The position numbers were made by a program, and so were the translations under genes. The notes under the pieces are model-generated. The model worked only from the letters and a program-made list of their open reading frames with translations. It searched no databases and was not told the DNA's origin. This document shows positions 1-13,880 of a stretch of DNA of 64,000 nt, in pieces; within the stretch, counting starts at the first letter, position 1, and the number at the start of each line of letters is the position of its first letter. Origin of the DNA: the human T2T-CHM13v2.0 reference genome, Homo sapiens; NCBI RefSeq assembly GCF_009914755.1, contig NC_060940.1, one strand, 5' to 3'.

Positions 1-14
1 AAAAATCACATTTA

Positions 15-321
<307 letters not shown>

Positions 322-692
322 TTAAAATCACATTTATTTGTTGGTTAATGAACTAATGTTCTAACTACCTTGAAAAACAAATGGCTCTTTCTTCTATAGT
401 TCTCAATGGTGTTCCACTAAATGTGTTTATTATTTCTCACCATTCAGTACGCAGCAAGCAGCACAGTGCTAGGCATATAGGAAGCTCTTAATAAAGATCT
501 TCTGAAAGAAGGAAAATTCTATGAACAAAGGACTTAACTTAGTTTGGATGATGAGTAACAGAAGCCCCAACTATCAATGGTTTAAACTAAAGAGTTTCAT
601 TTCTCTCTCACGTAAAGGTTTAGAGGTTGGCGGTTCAGGGATAATATGATTGTTCTGCTTCATAAAAAAACAGAGCTAATAAAGAAATTATG

Positions 693-1031
<339 letters not shown>

Positions 1032-1204
1032 CTATGGAGGGGCCAGTACTTTCAGAGTTATAAGAACTATATAATTATTTATTATAGTAAGCAAAGTGCA
1101 GGCCCTTTAATCACATATAATCAAATCCAGGCTCCAGAACTTAAAATATACACAAACTTGGGCAGTGACTTAACATCTCTGTGCCAGTTGTCTCAGCTGT
1201 ACAA

Positions 1205-1375
1205 AGAAGAAAAAGGAGGAGGAAGAGAGAGAAGGGGGAGAAAAAGGAAGAGGAAGAAGAGGAAGAGGGGAACAGGAAGAGGAAGAAGAGGAGGGGGAGG
1301 AGAAAAACGAGGGGGAGGAAGGAGAAGGAGGAAGAGGAAAAGGAGAGCTCATAAAAACAATAGAGGAAAGAAAAG
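1205..1375 (+). repeat. GA-rich polypurine low-complexity tract
   Basis: About 170 bp of almost pure A/G (ggaagagga-like units). Confidence 0.9.
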
Positions 1376-2134
1376 GCTCATGTTCCACAGCTTCCCAGGG
1401 AAACTATGATCTCCCTGGTCATCTCTCTGACTTGTCTTCTCCATTTCACCACATCCTTTCTCTCCCACCACTGCTTCTTTTCTATCATGGTTCCAAATTC
1501 CTAGCAAAGGGTGAATCAATACCTCTGGAACTGGGAAAACCAATGAAATAACAGAAATACAACCATTTGGGGAAAAGTTCTCCCAAATCTTTCCATTACT
1601 TTTACAAAAACATACTAAGGTTCCATTGAGTTTACGTGCTGAGCACAAGACTTGGCATATATTAATGGTGACCAATATGTTTTAGCTTTCTTCTCTTTTA
1701 TTCCTCAAAATTCGTGGTGTTGATTAGATTTATTTTTTCTAAAGCTCTGTTAGTTATAGCTTCAGATTTAAATCCAGTATAATCCCAAATCCACTCATTG
1801 ATTCTCAAGAGTCCAGCTCTTGATCTTCTATAATACTTTAAATGAATAAGGGATGTTTCTAATTCCTGTTGCATTTAGCAGGGAAGAGTTATTTTAATAT
1901 CATGTTTTAACTTTAGATCTCTGGAGTGGGCAGTTCACTGGGAGCCCATGGATCAGGATACTTGAAATAATAACATTTTTAGCTCCCTGTGCCCTTGGTT
2001 TCTCAATCTATAATGTAGGGGAAAATGTATCAACCAGGTTCAGAATTCCTGAGCTATACCAATTTAGTCATATCCAGTGGAGGAGGAAAGAGAGGGGGCA
2101 AGGATCCAAATGAGAAACATTTAGAGCTACTTTA

Positions 2135-2765
2135 TTTGATTACTTTTAATTTGGGGAGTATATAGTAGGTATATGTATTTATGGGGTACGTGAGATGTTT
2201 TGATACAGGCATGCAATTCATAATAGTCACATCATGGAGAATAGGGTATCCATCCCCTCAAACACATCCTTTGTTTTACAAACAATCCAATTATACTCTT
2301 TCAGTTATTTTAAAATGTACAATTAAATTATTATTGATTATAGTCATCCTGTTGTGCTATTAACTACTAGGCCTTATTCATTCTTTCTATCTTTTGTATC
2401 CAATAACCATCCCCACCTCCCCCCAACCCCGACTACCCTTCCCAGCCTCTGGTAACCATCCTTCTACTATTTCCATGGGTTCAATTGTTTTGATTTTTTG
2501 ATCCCACAAATAAGTGAGAATGTTTGATTTTTTTCTGTGCCTGGATGTTTTAATTTAACGTAATGACCTTCCAGTTCCATCCATGTTGTTGCAAATGACT
2601 GAATCTCATTCACTTTTGTGGCTGAATAGTACTCCACTATATATAGGTACCACATTTTCTTTACCCATTCATCTGTTGACGGACACTTTGGTTGCTTCCA
2701 AATCTTGGCTATTGTGAACAGAGCTGCAATAAACATGGGACTGCAGATATCTCTTTGATATTTTA
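2135..2765 (-). mobile_element. L1 (L1MA-type) 3' end
   Basis: Antisense L1 3'UTR and ORF2 C-terminus; ORF 2467-2817 reads ..MFIAALFTIAKIWKQPKCPSTDEW.. Confidence 0.9.
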
Positions 2766-2891
2766 CTCTTTTTATTGAAGACAATTCTGCAGGACTCCTT
2801 CTTTCCCCAACTATCATCTAAAATTGTTAAGACCTACTGCACAGGTCTTAAGCATCCTGAAAATCCCTTCCTTTAACCTGGAAATTCCCTC

Positions 2892-3070
2892 TATTAGTCC
2901 ATTCTCACATTGCTATAAAGAAATACCTGAGACTTAGTAATTTATAAAGAAAAGACATTTAATTGGCTCATGGTTCTGCAGACTGTACAGGAAGCATGAT
3001 GTTGGCATTTGTTTGGCTTCTGAGGAGGCTTCAGGAAACTTTCAGTCATAGCTGAAGACAAAGGGGGAGT
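2892..3070 (-). mobile_element. MST/THE1 (ERVL-MaLR) LTR fragment
   Basis: tattagtccattctcacattgctataaagaaatacctgagact..tttataaagaaaaga, typical of MST. Confidence 0.85.
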
Positions 3071-3929
3071 CTCCATTGATTTGAAGGAACAACTGTAAGG
3101 CCAATATGCCTCTGTGAGGGGTAACTACTAAGTGGATTTAGTTGACCACCAAATACTATTGTCTGTTAGTCATAAGGATCCAGTAATTCCTGTAAAGTAT
3201 GAAAAAATTTTATTTGCAAAGATAAAATGTAATACCTCTTCCAAAAAATCCAATTGCTAATGCTGATCTGAAAGGAAATATTGTGAAGAAGATTAAGAAA
3301 ATGATAACTTTTGCCAATACATAGAAGTTTTATGGAAAAAAAATTTTACATGGTAGAATTTCCAAATCTGAATCATTTATAAATGAACATCTCAGATCAC
3401 GTATTCTAAAAAGGGACTATTGTAATTATATTTTTTAATAAGATACAATGTAAACTCTTAAGTGTTACTAAGCAACTTAAAAAAAATTTCCTATTGATTT
3501 TCAATGACTGCTTAATTTAACCCTATTTTTCCTCAGATTTCAATAGGACACTTTCTTCAAGTAAACCAGAATTTCTGTGCTTCAAGACTAAAATCACCTA
3601 CAAACAAACAGGGCCACAGTCTTACTGTATCTTTTTCAGGTATCCAAAAGACTTTTTCTTCTGCCATAGTCTTTAATTTTCCTATCAAGAAGACCTACAG
3701 AATGTCTGTGATATTCAGAATCCCTCCTAACCAATTAAATCACTCAAGGTCTTCTAGCTCAAGAAATACTTGGGTAAGTAAGTGACCTTGGGCAAGTCAC
3801 CTCGCCTCTCTAAGACACAATTTGGTGGGGAGAAGACACAATTGGATTAACTTGACAGTTTCTAAGGTTTGGCACCGAAGGCAGTAATCTTAAATACAAA
3901 TTTATATTTTATGTTTAAAAGCACTAAAT

Positions 3930-4185
3930 CCAGAGTAAGATATATTTGGGTTAGAATTTCTAGCTCTGCCATTCACTATCCATTAATTCTTAGAAAATTT
4001 CCTTAACCTCTCTAAGCCTCTATTGCCTTTAAATGAAATAATACTATTATCTGCAAGACAAGATTATTGTAAAAATTAAATGAGATAATTCATCTAAAAC
4101 AATTAACATAATGCCTAGCCCATGATTCATCTTCCATAGCTCTTAGCTCTTACATGTTATTATTATTATTATTATTATTATTATG
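3930..4185 (+). mobile_element. MIR followed by (TTA)n
   Basis: ctctgccatt..ccttaacctctctaagcctc..attaaatgagataa MIR core; (tta)n at about 4157-4184. Confidence 0.7.
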
Positions 4186-5299
4186 AATTGTAACTGCGAT
4201 AGTGGATTTTCCTAGAACTAGCTGTTTGGTCCCCTCCAAAAAACTGGAGGACTTCGAATCACATTATCAGTGACACTCATACTGCATAGCCTCTTCCCAA
4301 CTATTGCTCAGAAAAGGCCAGTCCTTCTCCTGGGTACCTGATCTTTAGAGAAATATCTCATTGTTTTTCATGGAAATCAGAGGCTTTTTAGTGATCCTGA
4401 AATTTAGAAAACAGAAACAAACAAACAAAGAAAAGAAAACCCCCAAAACTGTGGCACAAATACTCATTTAAGTTTGTTGATTTAGCTCCAACATTTTAAG
4501 ACCATTAATTTCTCACTAGCCCTGTCTGTGTTAATATAACTTATGGCCATTTAAAAAACAAAACTATTATCTCTAGCATGTAGATTAATAGACGCCCAAT
4601 CATTTAGCCTGGTGCTTATGCAAATGCTTTTGTCTTCCTCTGGACAGGGTGGACAAGGTGGTCAGGAGGGCAGATGGTGAGGGAGAACTTGTGTTTATGA
4701 TCATTTGACTGGCTGTCTGGGTCATTTTAGCTGTCAAACCTGATTTCCAAATTAAAACATCAAAATCATAAATTACCCCCCAAATCTAGTACAATAATTC
4801 CCTGCTTGCCTTTTTCCCTTGCTCATTATGCAATGTTGTTCTTACAACAAGGCGATGACCAGCTAGTACTCAAAACCCCATGATGGGTTCCTTTGGAAAA
4901 CCTCCAGGAAAAGCTTGTCTTCTCCTTGAAGTTGTGTCACAGGTTGACTTAGGTGATTTTCCCATTCCAATTTCACTCTGGCAGACCATGTCTCCAAGCA
5001 TCATCCTACTCTAGTTTGCAATAAAGATAGAACTGAGCCAGGTTTATTGGGCAACTCCCCACTACCTCTACTTGTAATTTTTAACAGAAAAGTACTGGTT
5101 GACTGATAGTATATTTTCAGCATTCTCAATTAATGTTGTCCACTGCCTGGTTCACATCGTTCTTCCACTAAAGGATTAGAGGGATAGAGAGAGAACAGCA
5201 GATTTGGAGCTAGACTGCTTGTGTCTGCAACCTGCCTCTGTGGTTTATTAACTACGTGACCTTAAAGAGATGATTAACCTTTTAAAATTGAAATGCCCC

Positions 5300-5975
5300 T
5301 GCTAGGCACCATACTCCATCCATCAGCAACTCCTGTCCTATCTCCAAAATAAATTACAACTCCTCTTCCTTCTTTTCATCTCCACCACCACTCCAGTCTG
5401 CCCATCATCATCTCTTTGCTGGGCTCTCTTGTCCAGTTGTTTCCAATCTGGCCTCCCTGCTTCCTCCTCTGAATGTGTATGATCCAGTTTCCACACATAG
5501 TGATTTTTTTTTTTGTCTTTCTCCCCTCATTGAAATTACTCTTTAGCTTTCATCTCCAACGTTTCTTACCATGGCTTCTGAGTCACTGGGTAATCTGGCC
5601 CCTGCCTACCTCTCAAGCCTCATTTTTTCCTTCACCCTGCTCCCATACCCTAGCCTCCTGTTTTGTTCTTCAAAAACTACAGTCTGTCTCATCTCCATGC
5701 TTTTGGACATGCTGGTCAGTCTTCATGAAATGCTCTTTCTCCAGATTTCTATGGGGGTGGCTTCTCTTTATCTTTCATATTGCTTTGTATAAGTGTTATT
5801 CCACCTGACTATCACCCCTGAATTAGTATATTTTATAGGACTCTGGGTTTTTCAGAGCACTTATTACAAATTAAAAATATCTATTTATAATTTTCTGCTC
5901 TTCTAGCAAATGTTCAGTGTTTTTGGGGAAAGGACGATGCATGTTTTATTCACAGTTATCTCTCCACTACATAGC
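5300..5975 (+). mobile_element. L2 fragment (resumes at about 6635-6685 after the LTR)
   Basis: Pyrimidine-rich L2 3' region (ctggcccctgcctacctctc); L2 tail agtacctggcac after the LTR. Confidence 0.65.
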
Positions 5976-6632
5976 TTTAGTAGGCAGATTTCTAAGACAG
6001 CCCCCAACATTCCTTCCCCTCATGGTATACACCCTTTATAACTCCCTCTCTTGAATGTACAAAGGATTTATGAGCAAGAATGATATTTCACTTTCATGAT
6101 GAGGATATATTTTATGGGAAAGATGAAGCCATTTTGTATGTGTAATTAAGGTCCCTAATCAGTAGACTTTGAGTTCATTAACTGAGGCATTACCCTAGGT
6201 GGACTGACTAATCTGGTGAGTCTTTAAGTCAAGCGAGAGAGATCAGCAGCAGCAACAAATGTTTGTCCAGTGTCTTGAAGAAGTTAGCTCTCATGTGAGA
6301 GTAAGAGTACAGGCGGCAAGGACCTGAGGGTGACCTCTGGGAGCTGAGAGTGGTCTCCAGCTAACAGCTGTCAAATACTGGGGAATCTCAGTGATATAAC
6401 CACAGAGAAATGGATTCTGCCAAAATCCTGTGAGCTTGGAAGAGCCCACTGAGCACCAGGTGAGACTGCAGCTTGATGAACACCTAGATTTCAGCCTGAG
6501 GAGACACTAAGCAGAGGACCCTGCTAAGCTGCACCTGGACTCTTGACCTAAAGAAAGTGTGAGATAACAAATGTGCGTTTTAAACCACTTAGTTTGTGGC
6601 AATTTGTCACACACCAGTAGATAGCTGATACA
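5976..6632 (+). mobile_element. MLT1 (ERVL-MaLR) solo LTR
   Basis: gagctgagagtgg..atggattctgccaa..gagcttggaag..ttttaaaccacttagtttgtggcaatttgt..ctgataca end. Confidence 0.85.
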
Positions 6633-7788
6633 AATAGCAAAGTACCTGGCACTTACGAAGCCCACAGTGAATATCGTTGCATGAAGAGATATCCAATTTT
6701 ATTCTCACATGCATTGCTGGAGTAAGAGGACATATTTATGTATGGAAAGGGAGGGAAAGATAAGGGAAGTAAGTACTTTAATAGGAGGATGAAAATGGAA
6801 AGGGAGAATCAAAGCATGGACAAACACTTCATATTAAGTTGTTGCAAAATTGCACTAGCTCAAACATAATACTTTTCCAAGGGTGAGCCTTGCCCTTACA
6901 TCTCAGCATAACCTAAACAATCCAAGGTATATTTGTCCAAATGTCTGAGACTATTTGGAGAAGAAAACATTAGAGATGTAGACATGAAATAATGGGTTTT
7001 ACTCCCTGTAAATTAAAGAAGGCCGTATTCAGAAGAACAAAACAGAAGAAATTCAACAAGAATTCCAATCAAGGGTAGAAAAAAATGCAAATTTTATTTC
7101 TAGTGTTTCCAAAAACTCAAACAAAGCAGACCTTAACTCACATAAGCCTCAGTACACTTTGAACCCTCAAGTCAATGCACAAAGCAGGAGAGCCTTAGAT
7201 GTTGTTTACTTTGTTTTGTTTTTTCCTTTTTCCCAGAGAAGCATAAACCTAATATGTACACCTTAATTATAGCATCAAGCACTACTTCCTAAGATTTATC
7301 AGGTTGCTCATGGAGGTCTCAAAGGGATCCAGCCTGTGTGAGTAGAAAGACAACCGCAACAAGGTTGAAAGGCATTGATTTTCTCTGCAACTCCTGGGCT
7401 ATGACACCAGCAACAAGTCCCTCTACTTCATTTCTGGATCCAAGCAGTTGTAAAAAGGGAATCATAATTCAAGCTATCCATCATCACTTGGAATTAGTGT
7501 GAGGGTCCCATGAACACACAGCGTCTGGAGCTACGGAGGTGTGCAATTTATTAAAAGCTAGTCACACAGAGAAGTCAGTAAAATGCTTAGTGGGAGAGAT
7601 CTTGTCTTTGTCTTCTACTCAACAATCAGTAAAAGGCCCTGGACCCAAGAAACAATCAATCTTCCAAGGCTATTGTTGAAATACTTACTTCATCAGCATG
7701 CCTGGAGAGCTAACACATCAGGAAAACACAGAAGAGCTATTGTTCTACCAGCAAGGCACTGGGATTCACAGGCTGTTTCCCATACTAG

Positions 7789-8276
<488 letters not shown>

Positions 8277-8673
8277 TGACTTTAACATTTCTCCTTGACT
8301 TTAGCCCACCTACACATATCTCCAAGTCTTTTCATCATACTATGTTGTTGAGATATTTCCTTCATGAAGACTTCCCTTGGTCTCCCAGCTGAAGCTGTCC
8401 CCAGAATATCGAGGTTCGCAGATTAACTCATCATGAGGTATCTTGTGTTATATACCTCCCTTCTACCCTACATCAAACAGCTTGAAGGCAAAGATAGCAC
8501 TTTGATCTTGGTATTTATTGCCCACAACACTTTGAAAAACATCTCACCTGAGCTCAATGAATGCTCATCAATATCAGTGACTCTCAGCCTTGTTGTTTCA
8601 ACACATAGTGTTTCAAATAATTTGTTTTCAATAAAAACATATAGTTTATAGATGCCTTTAAAAGTAAATTAGA

Positions 8674-8970
8674 AGACTGGGCACAGTGACTCATGCCTGT
8701 AATTCCAGGACTTTGGAAAGCCAAGGCGACAGGATTGCTTGATCCCAGGAGTTCGAGACCAGCCTGGGCAACATGGCAAAACCCCGTTTCTACAAAAAAT
8801 ACAAAAATTAGCTGGGCATGGTGGTGCATACCTGTGATCCCAGCTATTTGGGAAGCTGAGGTGAGAGGATCACCTGAACCCAGCAAGTCGAGGCTGCAGT
8901 GAGCTGTGATTGTGCCACTGCACCCCCGCCTGCACATCAGAGTGAGACCCTGTCAGGAAAAAACAATAAA
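8674..8970 (+). mobile_element. AluJ
   Basis: GGATTGCTTGATCCCAGG, GTCGAGGCTGCAGTGAGC; TSD aaaagtaaatt. Confidence 0.95.
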
Positions 8971-9744
8971 AAGTAAATTGGAGGATATTTAAGGTTATCC
9001 CTGTAATCACATTACCTTGACTCAAGTCATTGTGAGTGCTCTCTTGAATAGGTGGAGTAGAGCTATCACTTGGGAACTAATAACTGTGCATATCTGAGGA
9101 CATTCGTGGGAGTTTGCTATTGACGTCAACTTCATCCATGATTTGGATTCTAAAGGCAAACAATTATGAGAGAGAGTTGATTTTTCCAAAACATTTAAAA
9201 AATATTTTATTACGTAAGTTAGATATCTATATCTATAAAGTAGGGAGTAAAAATCTCCTCCATTTAAAATGACTGTCCATTGCTAACCACTGTTAACAGA
9301 TTATTTCATGGCCTTCCAGATTTCTTTTTAGGCTCATACATACATTGCCATAGTCTCATAAAAAATCACACTTTAAAGCTCTACTCTATTTATATAAGGC
9401 AGACATGATGTTACATTATATGAATATACTATCATTTGTTTAGCCAATCCTCTTTTATTACACACTCTATTAGACAATTAAGACAACTAAATACCATTTT
9501 AAAATGATTTTTAGAGATCCAAATTCCAAATTATATTCTTCTATGTATAAGTCTATCCATTCCAATCAAAAAAAAAGAAATATAATCAAATACATCAGTA
9601 TTGGCACAACTTAATGTAAATGCATTCTTAGGAAATACACTATTTCAAAGAAAAATGATATTCATTCCTAGGCTCTATGTTGGTTTATTTTTAATATGTA
9701 ACAATAGCATCCTTTCTAATTAGAAGGTATATTTTTCTCATTTC

Positions 9745-10890
9745 TTTTAAATTGACACATAATAACAATACATATTTATGGGATACAGTGTGATATTTCA
9801 GTGCATGCATACAATGTGTAATGAGCAAATTAGGACAATTAGCAAATTTGTCATCTCAGACATTTGTCACTTTTTTTGTGTTGGTAACATTGAAAATCCT
9901 CTCTTCTAGGCCAGGTGTGGTGGCTCATGCCCAAGGCAGGTGAATCACTTGAGGTTAAGAGTTTGAGACCAGCCTGACCAACATGGTGAAACCCCATCTT
10001 TACTTATTAAAAGAAAGAAAGAAAATCCTCTTTTCTAGCCACTTGTTAATACACAATATACAATAAATTGTTAACGATAGTCACCCTACTATGCTATAAA
10101 CACTAAAGTTTCTTTCTTCTATCTACCTCTACTTTTTTGTTTGTTAAGAAACCTCCACTTACCTCCTTTCTCTGTGCTATTCCCAGCCTCTCATAACCAC
10201 TCTTCTACTTTCTACATCTATGAGATCAACTTTTTTAGCTTTCACATAAGAGGGAGAACATGTGGTACTTATCTTTCTTTGCCTGGCTTATTTCACTTAA
10301 TATAATGGCCTCCAATTTCATTCATGTTGCTTCAAATGACAGAATTTCATTCTCTTAATGGCTGAATAATATTCCATTGTGTGAACAGGCCACATTTTCT
10401 TTATCCATTCATCTGCTGATGGACACTTAGGTTGATTCCATATTTTAGCTATTGTGAATAATGCTGCAATGAACCTGGGAGTGCAGGTCTCACTTCAATA
10501 TTCAAACTTCCATTTTTTTGGATATATAACCAGCAGTTGGATTGCTGGATCATATAGTACTTCAATATTTATTTTCCATAATGGCGATACTAATTTACAT
10601 TGCCACCAACAGTGTATAAGCAGTCCCCTTCCTCTGCATCTTCACCTGCATTTGCTTTTTGTCTTTCTAATGATTGCCTTTCTAACAAGTGAGATGACAT
10701 CTCACTGAAGGTTTACATTTCCATGAGGATTTGTGATGTTGAGCATTTTTTCATATATCTTTTGGCCATTTGTATGTCTTCTTTTGAGAGATAATTATTC
10801 ATTTAATTTACTCATTTTTAAATCACATGATTTATTTTTGTGGGTTTTTTTTTTGTTTTTCAGTTGTTTGAGTTTCATTTATATTCTTTT
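9745..10890 (-). mobile_element. L1MA-type 3' end, interrupted by an Alu monomer
   Basis: Antisense L1 3'UTR/ORF2 end (ccacattttctttatccattcatctgctgatggacacttaggttgattcc). Confidence 0.9.
9909..10020 (+). mobile_element. Internally deleted Alu left monomer
   Basis: Left arm only; 17-bp TSD gaaaatcctctcttcta (9892) / gaaaatcctcttttcta (10021). Confidence 0.9.
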
Positions 10891-11210
10891 CTGAATTTTC
10901 ACTTTCATCAAAATAATACATATAAAAATCAAATAATGCCATAATAAAAAATGGCAGTCCCATGTCCCAGCATTCCTATCTTCCAATTGTCATGCCTCAG
11001 AGGCAACTGTTTTAAACCTTTTAATTATTTCTTTTGGTATTTATGTTCATATTACTAAATATCACATAGTATACTGTTTGTTTTCCTTGAATTTTCAATA
11101 TTAGATCTTCATTGACTGCCTTTTGCAGAAGATTATAATTTAATTTTTTTATTTCAATAGCTTTCGGGGTACAAGTGGTTTTTGGTTAGAAGGATGGATT
11201 GTATTGCGGG

Positions 11211-11683
11211 TTTTTTTTAACTTCTATTTTTTAAGTTCAGGGGTACAAGTGCAGGTTTGTAACACAGGTAAACTTGTGTCATGGGGGTTTGCTGTACAGA
11301 TTATTTCATTACCCAGGTATTAAGCCTAGTACTCATTAGTTATTTTTCCTCCTCTAGCTCCTCCCACCCCCGACCCTCCGAAAGGCCCCAGTGTGTGTTC
11401 TTTCCCTCTATGTGTCCATGTGTTTTCATCATTTAGCTCCCATTTATAAATAAGAACATGTGGTATTTAGTTTTCTGTTCCTTTGTTAGTTTCTAAGACA
11501 ATGGCTTCCAGCTCCATCCCTGTAAAGGGTATAATCTCACTCTTTTTGTGGCTGCATAGTATTCCATGTTGTATATGTACCACATTTTCTTTATCCAGTC
11601 TATCATTGAGGGACATTTAGGTTGATTCCATGTCTATGCTATTGTGAATAATGCTGCAATGAGCATATGTGTGCATGTGTCCA
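11211..11683 (-). mobile_element. Old L1PA 3' end
   Basis: aagttcaggggtacaagtgcaggtttgt..ggtaaacttgtgtcatggggg..acccaggtattaagcctagtac. Confidence 0.9.
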
Positions 11684-12040
11684 TAGACCAAGCAGAGGAA
11701 AGAATCTCAGAGCTTGAAGACTTGAAATCAGACAGGAAGACAAGAGTAGAGAAAAAAGAATGAAATGAAATGAACAAAAAAAAAAACTGAGAAATGTGGG
11801 ATTATGTAAAAAGACTAAATCTAGAACTGATTGCTGTACCTGAAAGAGATGGGAGAATGGAACCAACTTGGAAAACATATTTCTGAAATCATTCATGAGA
11901 CTTCCTCAATCTAGCTAGAGGGCCAACATTCAAATTCAGAAAATACAGAGAACCCCAGCAAGACACTCCCAAGAAGACACATAATCTTGTCATCCCAAAG
12001 ACACATAATCATCAGATTCTCCAAGGTCAAAATGAAAGGA
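11684..12040 (+). mobile_element. L1 ORF1 fragment, inverted relative to the adjacent L1 3' end
   Basis: gaccaagcagaggaaagaatctcagagcttgaagac..gggattatgtaaaaagac..cacataatcatcagattctccaagg (ORF1 region). Confidence 0.85.
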
Positions 12041-13670
12041 ATAATAGGAGTAATATGTAGTTTTTTTATCCCTCACTCCCCTCTTCCCTTCTGATTCTCC
12101 GCAATGTTCATCAAACCACTCTGTATGCCTTTGTATACCCATAGCTTAACTCCCACTTACAAGTGAGAACATACAGTATTTGGTTTTCCATTCCTGAGTT
12201 ACTTCACTTAGAAAAATGGCCTCCAGCTCCATCCAAGTTGCTGCAACAGACATTATTTTATTCCATTTTTATGGCTGAGTAACATTCCATGATGTATATA
12301 TACCAGTTTCTTTATCCACTCATCAGTTGATGCACACTTAGGTTGATTCCATATCTTTGCAATTGTGAACTGCACTGTGATAAACATACATGAGCAGTTA
12401 TCTTTTTGATATAGTGATTTATTTTCCCTTGGGTAGATACCCAGTAGAGGGATTGCTGGATTGAATGGTAGATCTATTTTTATTTCTTTGAGAAATCTAC
12501 TGTTTTCCATAGAGGTTGTACTAATTTACATTCCCACGAGTAGTGCATTAAAGTTCCCTTTTCACCACATCCATGCCAACATGTATTTTTTTTAACTTTT
12601 TAATAATGTCCATTCTGGCAGGGGTAAGGTGGTAGTTTGCATATCCCTGATTATTAGTGATGTTGAGCATTTTTTTTCATATTTTTGACCATTTGTCTAG
12701 CTTCTTTTGAGAAATGTCTATTCATGTCTTTTGCCCACTTTTTGCTGGGATGTTTTTTTCTTGCTGTTTTGTTTGAGTTCATTGTAGATTCTGGATATTA
12801 GTCTTCTGGCAGATGCAGAGTTTGCAAATATTCTCTCCCATTCTGTGGGTTGTTGGTTTACTCTGATGGTATTTCTTTTGCTGTGCGGAACCTTTCAGTT
12901 TAATTGGGTCCCCTTTATTTATTTTTGTGTTTGTTGCATTTGCTTTTGTGGTCTTAGTCATAAATTCTTTGCCTAACCCAATGCCCAGAAAAGTTTTTTC
13001 TAGCTTTTCCTCTAGAATTTTTATGGTTTCAAGTCTTCAATTTAAGTCTTTAATCCATCTTGAGTTGATTTTTGTACACAGTAAGACACAGGGATCCAGT
13101 TTCATTCATGTGGGTCTCCAGTTTCCCAGGACCATTTATTGAATAGAGTGTCTTTTCCCAATTTATGTGTTCTTAAGACTTGTCAAAGATCAGTTGGTTT
13201 TAAGTATGGCTTTATTTCTGGGTTATGTATGTTGTTCCATTGGTCTATGTAGCTACTTTTATACCAGTACCATGCTGTCTGGATTGCTATAGCCTTGTAG
13301 AATAATTTGAAGTAAAGTAATGTAATGGCCTCCAGATTTGTTCTTTTTAAGATTGCTGTGGCTATTCAGGCTCTTTTCTGGTTTTATATGAATTTTAGGA
13401 TTGTTTTTTCTAGTTCTGTGAAAAATGATGTTGGTGTTTTGATAGAAATTGGATTGAATCTGTAGGTTGCTTTGGGCAGTATGGTCATTTTCATGATATT
13501 GATTCTTCCAATCCATGAGCATGGGATGTATTTTCATTTGTTTGTGTCATCTATGATTTCTTTCAGCAGTGTTTTGTAATTCTCCTTGCAGAGGTCTTTC
13601 ACCTCCTTAGTTAATTATATTCCTAGGTATTTTGGTGTGTGTGTGTTTGTTGCAGCTATTGAAAAGGGGA

Positions 13671-13880
13671 TTTTTTTTTTTTTTTTTTTGGAGCAGAGAG
13701 TTTAATAGGGGAAAAGCAGCAAGAAGGAAGGGAGAAGGAAGAAGCTTCCCTTTACAGAGACAGAGGGAGGGGGCTTCAAAGCCTAGAGGTGGAACCTCAA
13801 GTGGTGCAGAAACCAGCCAGGTGTATATATAGAGGCTGAAGGAGGTGGTGTCTGACTTGCATAGGGCTCAGGGGATTGGT
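13671..13880 (-). mobile_element. Polyadenylated ERV1 LTR fragment (MER61-like) inside L1
   Basis: Minus strand reads CCAAT, TATATATA, ATTAAA, then a 19-nt poly(A); flanking gggattt duplication. Confidence 0.75.
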
